Source: the human T2T-CHM13v2.0 reference genome, Homo sapiens. From it: 64,000 bases of DNA. Shown here in pieces: positions 48,601 to 58,656 of this stretch. A model generated the notes under the pieces. The model was not told where the DNA came from and did not search any database. It saw nothing but the letters and a program-made list of their open reading frames with translations. Numbering within the stretch: the stretch's first letter is position 1; every line of letters begins with the position of its first letter. The DNA lies in assembly GCF_009914755.1 (NCBI RefSeq), contig NC_060930.1. One strand, written 5' to 3'. Made by a program: the position numbers and the translations under genes.

Positions 48601-50824
48601 GACTCTTCATCATACCCAGCTCTGGAGGTGACAGTGGAGTCCTGCAAGACAGTTCCACAGACTGGCACTAGATGGAGCCATCAACTCAACATAGCATGGT
48701 TGCTGGAGAAGGGTATGGTGGGGGAGAGGTGGGACTGAAGGGCGTTGACTCTACAGCCAGGTATTTACCTGCCAACAACTCTATCTAAAATAAGTATAGT
48801 TTAATTAATCAACCAACTCTCCTAATGTCCAGATGTCACCACCATGCTGACACCACTATGCTTGTGGTATGTCAAATTGGGACACACCAATTTTGAAATA
48901 AATTTATCAATTCAATTTGTATCAATGCAACTGGGGTGGGGAGGTAAGTGAAGTTGGATCCGCTGCTTTTTTTTTCTTCTAAAATTCAACATGCAAAGAT
49001 AATATAGAATTTCAGGTTCATTGCTACTGAATAACAAAAATCCCTAACCACAAACCAAATGGCTTTCCCTGGAAGCTTTGTTTAAATGTTAAATAACATA
49101 CCATCTTGCTATAGAGGTTTATGTGATCAACTCCAATGTACGGCAAAAGGCGGGAAATGCTCACTGACAAATGTATTATTAAAAATAATCTTCTCTTTGT
49201 ATTTTAATACTACTTTGATTTAAATACTGTAATCCATTTGCCTATATTCTCTGCCTAGGGTTGTGTTTATTTATCACGAGCCCTCTCTCCATTCAGAAAT
49301 GGTCTCCTATCACCAGGTTACCAGTGTGCGAAATTCTATTGTTTTTATCTTTAGGGTTTTACTTCTTTGGCTTTGTCTCCTATTAACATGCTGATGCTTC
49401 AGAAAAGTAACACATTAAGTATGCTCAGTTACTTATATATTAGTAAAACTGTGTTCATAAAATCTTTCTCTGAGATTGGTTTTGGAAGGGAAGGACAAGG
49501 ACTAGTTGAGGGGACTGGGTGGCCAAAAGGTAAGAGAGCATGAAACAAAAAAGTGAGCACAGAAGGAGGATGGGGGAACTGGCTGCAAACCGTGCCTAGC
49601 TTCTTTACATCTGGGACACGGACCATCATCCCTGGCACTTATCTTCCCAAGAAAATGTATGAAAAGGAAGGGTTAACTCTGTCTACATTTTCCTCTTGCT
49701 GAATGGGTAATAATATCTTTCACAGTTAATTTCATTTTTTTTTCAGTTTGACTCTTCAGGGCTTATTCATTTGCATAATATGGAATCTTGAACCCACATA
49801 GATATTCTACAAATCAATGCAAGTAATTCTCACACTAAATCAGCAGCTTTAATTTAAGCTCAACATTGTTTGCATAGAAATCTTTATGCACTCATCTGCT
49901 TGATTTTTTAAATCACTTAAAACCTCCAACACTGACACACTAAGCATCTCCCATTTAGCTTTCTCCAAAATTTGAACTAAATGCTGAAAAATAAGCACAG
50001 TACTATACATTCATACACTTGATCATTTCCCAAATTGAGCTTCAAATGTGTGCTTAATGTTTCAAGTGGCTCCTGAGAATGATGCTTCTTGACTAAAGAT
50101 GACAACTTCGGTGTCTGGCCCAGGCAGAGCTGAGTCAGCATTCTAAACAGTGACCCTGCAAACCTGAGGTAATTGGGGGTTACTGCCATGCCAACTGCCT
50201 GAGTCCTTTAAAACCATTCAAATCTCCAGCTGAGAGTTGCAACATGCTAATCTGGCAAGATAATCTCTTCCTGAAATTGACCAGAATGAGAACAAAGGTT
50301 ACCTCCTTTTATCTGTTACTGGTAGCTAATATTTCTAATTAGGATTTCTGATGGAATTAGTTCTGAATGAACATCTTCCTCCTTGGTAGAATACTCTACC
50401 TCTTACAGGTATAGTTTTTTACCTTTTCCTACCCACCAAAAAAACAAAAAACAAAAAACAAAACGCAAAAAACAAATTCCCTCCACCTAACAAGAGGGTA
50501 GGAGTGTGAGTTACAAGTAAACCCTGGAGACAGAGCCATGGTATTTCAGTTATATGCCTAGTACTTCTTTTGCCTTTATATGCATCACTTTTACTTTCCG
50601 ATCCCTAAATGGACACTAAAACCTAAGGAATGCAATTATTAGAAAGCAGGCCATGTGAAAGACAGGAGATATACTCACTCAGATTTACTGAGAAATTATT
50701 TTTTAACTTTAAGATAGATGTCAACAAAACATCCAATATTTTAGAGTGAGATGACCTTTATTTCTACTTCTGGGAACTGCTAAAGAGAGTTCCAACTTCA
50801 AATGAAGAAGAAAAGGAAAAGGGA

Positions 50825-51015
50825 GAGCCATAACATGGTAAGAGAACAGGCCCAAGCATCAGACAGCTAGTGTCCAACTCCAGTTCTACCATTCATTAGC
50901 TGAGCGACACCTATGCTGCGGCTTCTAGTGATCACACCTAGCCCTGGGTTGTTCTGAGGATTATGTGAGTTAATATGAGCAGCACACAGAGGAAGCTCTC
51001 AATACAAGTTAACTA
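50825..51015 (+). mobile_element. MIR
   Basis: atggtaagagaacagg...gggttgttctgaggattatgtgagttaat...ctcaatacaagttaactat. Confidence 0.7.
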
Positions 51016-51123
51016 TCATCAAAGAAAAAGAAAATAGAGGGGTGTTAGCATGAAGTATAATCAATTTATTTTAAATAGATGCTGTCAAAATTCCTTAATT
51101 TTGCATCTAAGAATGGTCTAAAT

Positions 51124-51346
51124 AAGACGTGTCCAATCTTTTGGCTTCCCTGGGACACACTGGAAGAAGGAGAACTGTCTTGGGCCACACATAAAATACA
51201 CTCAACACTAATGATACATGATGAGCTGAAACAAGAAAAATAGCAAAAAACAAAAAACAAACAAACAAAAACAAAAACAAAAAACCTTTGTGTTGGTCCG
51301 CATTCAACACGCAAGAGGCCTGCTGGCCATGGGTTGGACAAGCTTG
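51124..51346 (+). mobile_element. MER30 hAT DNA transposon
   Basis: gtgtccaatcttttggcttccctggg...gggttggacaagcttg matches both MER30 ends. Confidence 0.9.
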
Positions 51347-54300
51347 GAATAATCTTCGGGCCACAGAGGATGGAGACCCTCTGCTCTGGAGTAGCCAGGG
51401 ACTTCAGACAGACTATTTAGACTCACTTTTTCACCAAAGGCCCTACACACATCAGCTGACTGGGAGAGAATATCTTTGTAGCTTCTGATCATTCAAATAT
51501 TGTCAAAACCAACCTAAATATGTTCAAAATAAGAATGTTAACTTGTATTTTTTCCAAGTATGGAAATGAACAGTACTCTTGGCAGTTAACTTCTGTTTTT
51601 ATCAGGTTCTAAAGACCCAGGTAAATAAATCAATTCTGGACTCTGTATACAGGAACTATTATTTGCCAAAATGGCCCCAGAGGTTCCAGCATGGCTTAGG
51701 CAATACTCCAAAGGGCCAAAGATAGTAGTGAATTAATAGGATTAGGAAGCTGGAGAAAAAGTGAATCTCAAGTTTCAGACTGTCCCTGATGGAAGGTCAC
51801 TCCACAATTCCTCAGGGAGGGCTTCCCCAACCTCCCGACCAGGTTAAATCTGCCCATTAGACACTCTGGTGTATGAAATACTTTCCTTCACGAGCAGTGG
51901 GTTATCTGTTACTAACTGATCAGTGCCATTCTTCCTACCAGATGACGTGCTTCATGAGACCAGGGGCCAGGACTGGGTTTGCTCCCCATTAGCACTGTGG
52001 TCACTTAACACTATGCCTGCCATGTAAGAGATACTCAGTATATATTTGTTTAATGAATGAATGAGGCATCTGCCTCTAAGCAACAGTATTTCTGGACACT
52101 TGGCCCATTTTGCACTATCCACGAGCTTCTGTTGCTTAGAAGAATACAGGATAGGAAAAAAAGAAAAATTGCCAAAAATCTATGGATACTGAAATACTAA
52201 GGAAAGATGCTGAGCATGTACATTCACTTTGTTTCCTACTTGTGGAATGGAAATCATCACATTGGGATCTCCCAACTTTAAAATCCGAAGTGAAGGTCTA
52301 AGCTGTCTTTGGGTTAGACTCCTGGAAAGTCTTGAGGAAATTCCTGAAGTATCTGCAGAAAGTGACAGGGGAGGGAGAATAGAAGATGGCCCAAGACTAG
52401 AGTGATGGAAGACTTGGAAACTCGAAAAGCTTTCTTCTAACTAACTGGGACTTTGTCTACATGCCAGCTACAGGCTCAGGCACACATGAAGAGAATAATG
52501 AGATGAATGGGAGGACTGGAAAGTGGAGGATTTAAATGCTTAGGAAAGGAGCCAATGAAAGCTGACACAAGGACAGGAGGGACCTAGCAACCAAGCGCCG
52601 GCTCTCATCACATCAGCAGCAGCATGTCCTACAGCCTTCAGGAAAAGAACAAAAAGGTCAGGGAGGAAAATGACACATCTCAGAACCAAAGGGCAATTCA
52701 TTATGAGGCTAAGGAACAAAGGAGAAGTCAACCAGGGAATATGCTGAAGAAACGGTGATTATGAAGTCACTGGGGAAGACTGAGAGGCATTTTGGCTGTA
52801 GTTCCAATGACTAGAATGAAGGATGATGTGAAATGCTTTTGGATTGGGAAGATTTATTATTTTGGAAAAAAAATAGCTCAAGGAAAAACAAATGGCAAAA
52901 TTCCTGCCTGAATTTTGAAGTAGTGTCACTAGCAGGATGAGGTTCAATTTATACATTCTTTAGAAATGAAATGGCCCTTGGAAAAGACATAGTGGTAAGA
53001 TTCGCAGGACATTTCCAGCCTTACGGAAGCTGAGTAGCATGCTGATAGTAAAATTAAGTTTCAGTTTTAGATAGACTGACATTTGAAATTAACAAAAAAA
53101 AAAGTAAAGGGAAAAAATTAAAAGACCCTGAACTGACAAAAAAAAAGAAAAAAAAAAGCAACTACTGTCTTTTTTTTTTAAATTAAATGTCATCACAAAC
53201 AAAAAAAAAAGGTGAAAGTTGAGTTGTATTTTGGGCAATCTTACTGAGTTTACAAAATGTTTAGTTCATAGCAGGTTTCAGTTTGGACATGAACAGTTTG
53301 TAAATATTTACATAAAATTTAAAGATAGGAGGACAGCAGAGGTCATATATTGCTATTAACAATACAGAAGCGATTTTCCGTCATTCCCAAGGCCTTGGTG
53401 CTGCGTTCCCATATGTGGCCCCAGCTCTGCCAAAAGCTTGTCTTCTTTTCCAAAGAAATTCCAATTTTTGCAACCAGCATTGACTTCTGAACTGTGAGTA
53501 CCTCTGACAGGGTCATATGTCGCTGAAACTTCTTCAACATCCAGACAGGGAAAGGAGAAAAACAGGGAGGCAGATTTACAGCGTCTGCTATCTGAATTGC
53601 AGATTTTGACAAATATGTTACATTTTATATTGTTCTCTGTTCTATGTGAGGGCAGGGACCATGTTCTCTGTATGTCACAGTCCTACACCATGCCCAGTCA
53701 TTGATTCAGGACTGGACTGTGTAATGGAATGGGGAAATAACCTTCAGACATTCAAGAAAACATGCACTATATTCAGATTAAGTTCATTCCAACATGAGAT
53801 TAGTTCTTCCAACTCTGCAGAATGGGCAGGCACGACACCTACTTCAAAGGGTTGCTTTGAGGAATCAATGAAGTACATTCAGGCAAGGTAGTCAGCACTG
53901 GGTCTGGCACATGGTGCGGATTCAGTAAATCAAAACTATTATTTTGGTGAGTGTTCTCAAATGTCAAACTCCCATGGAGGTCCTCAGGCATTACCCAGCC
54001 AAGTTACCCCATCTGGTCAGTAACAACTAAATAGAGGGCAGGTGGTTCAAAAGTAATGGATTATTCACCTGCAAGGAATCACACTGTACTCATGGTATTA
54101 AATTATTCGGCCTTTCATGTCGAATTCTCTGTTAAAAAGGAAGCTGATCAATCCCTGAGTGGGACTCAATGTTGATTTGAAGTTTTGTTTTTTTGGCATC
54201 TTTCTATTTTCCAGGTAGTTGTAACCATTCATTGGGTGCATACTCACAAATCATCCACTATATGCCAGGCCTTTAGAAAACAGAGACACACAAAGATATT

Positions 54301-54583
54301 AAACAAAAAAAGATGTTTCAGTCTGTTCAGTAGTGGGAGACAAGCAGCCCCCAGGCCGACGCTAGCTCTTACATATGCTTTCATCCAAAAATTTTTTAAA
54401 GATTTGAGCCAATATTTAAAAATCAGGAAATTCCACATAAATATCCAATATTCAGCTTCCCCTGGAAAAATCAAATGATGTGGCAACACAAAGCCAGTAG
54501 TCCTACCAACTGTTCCCTAGCAAGAGTCTACAATGAGTTGAGTAGGGGCGGCCTGCCACTCCACACTATGCCCTGCTCCTCAC

Positions 54584-54774
54584 CAGAACCAGGTAAGTAC
54601 ATAATTTGCAGGGCTCAGTGAAAAATGAAAACGAGGGGCCCTTTGTTCAAAAATTATTAAGAATTTCCGAAGAAAACAGCAGAACCTTATACCAAATATG
54701 AGGTCCTTCTGAGCAGGGAAGAGGAAGGGGGCCTATGTAACTGCACAGGTCTTATGCCCATGAAGCTAGTACTG
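54584..54774 (-). mobile_element. MER91A-like hAT-Tip100 DNA transposon
   Basis: tacataatttgcaggg...ttgttcaaaaattattaagaatt...ctgcacaggtc...cccatgaagct; partial 8-bp flank similarity. Confidence 0.8.
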
Positions 54775-57237
54775 GCTCTCACCCCCTGGACACACAGGAA
54801 GATATTTATTTATCTAAGTATTCTCTCATTCATTAACAATCAAGCCTGCATTTACAATAAGCTAGATGTCACACCCCTGAAATCTGAGGTTCAAAAACTA
54901 GAGTAGAGGGGCCAGGCACAGCAGAGATAGAGAGCCACTAGGGTCTCTTTCCTTTTTGTTAAGACTGGATCCACACCAGAGACACTGAAAGTTAATCCAA
55001 GTAAAATTAAACTGCTCTCAACAATACAGATTGGCTTGAGCCCTTTTGTTGGCATCACAGGAGCCTCGATTAGGAATTCTGAGAAACAGCTCACAAGCGC
55101 TAATGAATAACTAAGTCCTGTCGGCTGTGCAGACAGTGGGCCCAGAAGTGAAGGGCTGGCCTAGGAGAGATCTGAACATGAACCTGACCATCTGGCCCTC
55201 TGTGACTCACTTTGATCACAAAATGAATTGCAACAAATTGAAGAGCACATGGCTAGAGTTAATTGTCTCATCTGTAATCTGAATCTACTTTTAAGCAGTT
55301 ATTATTACCCTCTATCAGGTGGAAACATTTCCTACCATCACTGCAAAGTGCATTTTCCTGATGAACTATAATGGATCATTAAATTCCATATCTGAATAAC
55401 AATACTGTGCACTTATTCAGTGCCTTTCATCCAGGGATTTCAAGGCAGTTTGCAAATAATTAAGCCCCTTACACAGCAGCCAGAGGTGAGCTACTGGAAA
55501 AGAATTGCCTGAAGATACTAAGTCAAAGGGCATAATTCAATAGGAAAATAATAAATGGCTTTCTCCCAGGCACTGGTAATACAGAAAGTGAATCCTGATC
55601 CCCTCCCTCTCTTTCACCTCACCCCTTCTTCTTCATAGCAGATCCTGACATGCAACATACAAAGAACCAAAAAAGTAACTAACAGGAGTGTTCACAATTT
55701 AGCTATGAGTTCAGACACACACTTAACTGAGAAGTGTGTGTCTCCATGTAATCCTGGCAAACACACTACCAACTGACATTTCAGTCCACCTGCAGAATAG
55801 ACAGACAGCAGAAGAATTTACTCAACACATTCATGATTACCAAATGGCAAACCTGAAGCCTCCTGCAATGCAAAACGAAAATACGGCTCTGCACCAATAA
55901 AGTTATGTTCTAACAAAAATACTTTATTCCATGGTTGTGTGTTCCATTTCTGGGACTTCGCTCTATTTCAATGATATTCAGGTTTCGAGAGTAAAAAAAA
56001 CGTTGGAAATGGGCAATCAATAAATTTCTTTCAAAAACCAGAATACTAGAAGGGAAAACATTTCAGCCACTCAAAGTTTTGTGGTGAAATTATAAACTCC
56101 AGAAAAACTGAATTTATAATGGAAATGCTGACAGACCTTTCAGTGGAGCAGTTTGAACGCAACACTGTAATTTGGCAATCTCTCTTACAGACTAAAGACT
56201 AATTCTAACAAGATGTCATTTTGACTCACGTTTATTATTACCTGCAAGAATGAAAAACGCCGTTTACTCGGGAGGTGCCCGAGAACCAGGGTGGGGCGAT
56301 CTCACATTTTAAGCAAGACGCCCGCTGCCTTACCAAAATAGCCCTCTCCGCCAAAGGAGGGGCAGCCTTTCACGCTCAGCTTCTTTCATGTCAGCCCGAG
56401 CCTTTGCAGCAAGACGTGCCTTTCCTACATGTTACATTTTAATGATCTGAGAAAACCGTTATCAGCGTTAACATCTCTAATTTTACTCTAAACAGACAAA
56501 AGCAAAATATCTCATTAGGCATCATCTCCGCCAAGGTTCCCACTAGGCAGGAAAGGATTTTTATCTAAAGTAATTACCCTTTTTAGTTAAATACACTCAA
56601 CAGATGAAATTTACAGAGAGTGAGAGACTGCAGCACTAGACAGCGAAGGTGAAAACCAGGAACGCCGCGTCTCGCCGCCCGCGGGCCCGCCGGGAGACTG
56701 CGGGTCCGTCTCGCGGGTGGGGCGCCCCGGTCCCTCTCGTTTCCTGGAGGCCACAGGTCACGGCGACGGCGGTGACCGGGAGAGCAGGCTGCGAGGCGCG
56801 CCTCATCGGGCCACAGACAAACCACCCCGGCAGCGGCCGCGCCGGAACTTCCCTCAAGTTACCAAACTCGCCTACGCGCGGGAGAGTGCTGGGGATGCCC
56901 CATGCGCCCGCGACCCCAGAAGCCAGGAGTGTGCCACCCCTTCACACACTCACTCCCGGCCCTGCACGCTTCCCCTCACGGTCCGAGTTCCTGCAAATGC
57001 TTGGCCAGACCGAGGTCGCCGAGATGCTCGCTCCAGTCTCTCCCCTCGTGGGCACCTAGGGTAGCCCGTGAGCGCCGCCCGCCGCCGTCTCCAGCGGCGC
57101 CGGGCTCCCGAACACCCGCCGGGTGAGCGAAGCACAGCGGGGCCACGGAGCGCCTCGACGCGGGGACGGGGAGGGCAGTGTCCCCTTCATAAACCAGTCT
57201 CCTGGGTGAAGCTTCTGGGGCTTGGAGACTGGAGTGT

Positions 57238-57240
<3 letters not shown>

Positions 57241-57270
<30 letters not shown>
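57241..57270 (+). repeat. (GT)15 microsatellite
   Basis: Directly visible. Confidence 0.97.
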
Positions 57271-57271
<1 letters not shown>

Positions 57272-58065
57272 GCACCTTGACTTCATGGAGGATCTGTGGG
57301 AGAGGAGGTGCAAGGTTTCCCTCTCAGAAGCCTGGCGCCCTTAGGTCTTAGCTACGCGGGACGCTTTCCGACAACCCGATCTTTCGCTAGGAGAGATTCG
57401 ATCCAGGTCTGCGCCGCGAGGCCCCCAGCTCGCCTCTTCCTGCGACCCTAAACTTGGGCTTTGATTCCCCGCCGGTCGCGGTGGTCCGGGCCACCCGGCG
57501 GCGGCTGACAGCTGAGCGCAAAGGCGCCGCGGCCAAGGTCCTCGCGGAGCAGCCCGGGATGCGCACGCCGAGGGTTAAGGAGGAGGCCGCCCGGCCTGGA
57601 GCTGGGATCTCAGGCTGGGGGCCGGGACACCCGGGCCTCGCCGGGCCGGGGGCAGGGCCGCGGGTCTGACAGCTGCTGCGGCTCGCGCGGACGCGCGCCT
57701 CCTGCAGCCCGCCCTCCCCATGCCTGACTTATTACTCTCTGCTCCTCCTCCCTCTGCTGTTCCAAAACACCCTTCGACGCCAGCAAAATACAATGCGCCT
57801 CGGCCGCCGTAAACAGCCGGGAGGGAGAGCACACATTCGGCGCGGCGCGGCCGCCGGCTCGGCTCCCACCCCCTTCCCGTTCCTAGAAAATGCCATAAAA
57901 GCGGGCAGGGCGCGGGGAGGGCGGCTGCGCGCCCGGCGGCCGGGGCTCCCTTCCCGCGCCGTTTCCCCACGCCTCCCCGCCCGCCCCGCGCGCCCGCTCC
58001 CCCCGCAAACTTGCCCCGCCACCCCGCCCAGCGGCGGGGCCCGGGGCCCGGGGCCCGGGACTCAC

Positions 58066-58460
58066 CTCGCCGGAGAACTTTGCGTCCTTTTCCACCTCCT
58101 CTTCCCCGCGTCTTCCCGGCTCGCAGCCCCCTCCCGGCAGCCGGCGAGGTGGGCAGTTCGTGGGTCACCGAAAGCTCGCGGAGGGGACGCGCATCACATG
58201 GCAGCTCGTTCCCAGCCCCCCGAGTGCGCCGGGAAGGGGGAGGGGAAGGGGCGAGGGGAGGCCGGGGGGAAAGCGAGAGCGGGGCGGCGGCGGGAGTGGG
58301 CAGGCGGGGTGGCGAGGGCGGCGGCCGCTCACGTTAGCGCTGTGCGACCGCAGCCCGGGCGTGCACGGCCGCTGCTGCCGCTGCTGCTGCTGCTGCTGCT
58401 GCTGAGGCGGCGGCGGCTCGGCGCTGTTTGCTCCGCGCCGCGCGGCTTGCGCTCTCCCCG
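58066..58460 (-). other. Putative non-coding first exon (5' UTR) of an unidentified gene; 5' boundary (TSS) approximate
   Basis: Minus-strand GGCGAG|GTGAGT donor (plus-strand actcac at 58060-58065) lies just downstream of the CRE/GC-box cluster. The plus strand left of the island appears A-rich, as expected if the minus strand is the sense strand. No AUG-initiated ORF stays open through the donor. Confidence 0.75.
58372..58417 (-). repeat. Interrupted trinucleotide repeat, sense strand (GCC)4-T-(CAG)8-CGG-(CAG)2
   Basis: Plus strand reads ctgctgccg(ctg)8a(ggc)4. Confidence 0.95.
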
Positions 58461-58503
58461 GAACGCCCACACTCTCAATCGCTACATTGTTGACATTCGG
58501 CGC

Positions 58504-58511
58504 TGACGTCA
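58504..58511. promoter_or_regulatory. Full palindromic CRE (CREB/ATF site)
   Basis: Exact TGACGTCA inside the CpG island, just upstream of the putative first exon. Confidence 0.75.
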
Positions 58512-58621
58512 CCCGCTCCCCATTCACAATAACTTTACGGGAGCCGGGCAGCGCACCTCCCCGGCCGCTGGGGCGCGGTACGCCCGGCGACTAGCGTAAG
58601 CCGCTCCGCGAATGGCGCTCC

Positions 58622-58656
58622 GGGGGCTGGGGCGGGGGGCGGGGGACGGGGGCGGG
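58622..58656 (+). promoter_or_regulatory. Clustered Sp/KLF GC boxes; G-quadruplex-capable
   Basis: gggggctggggcggggggcgggggacgggggcggg: overlapping GGGGCGGGG boxes and six G-runs. Confidence 0.7.

Noticed and set aside
53343-53612. Minus-strand 89-aa ORF with an internal pyrimidine tract
   Set aside because: Weak splice signals and no recognisable product.
54061-54085. Another minus-strand AG|GT site (ATTCCTTGCAG|GTGAAT)
   Set aside because: Short pyrimidine tract; weaker than the sites at 47479 and 56242.
56600-58500. Naming the host gene (considered ATOSA/FAM214A, PELI1, ACVR1, ATP2B1, ELOVL5 and others)
   Set aside because: The exon sequences I recall for these genes were not found in the window. 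BLAT of 58066-58460 would settle the identity.
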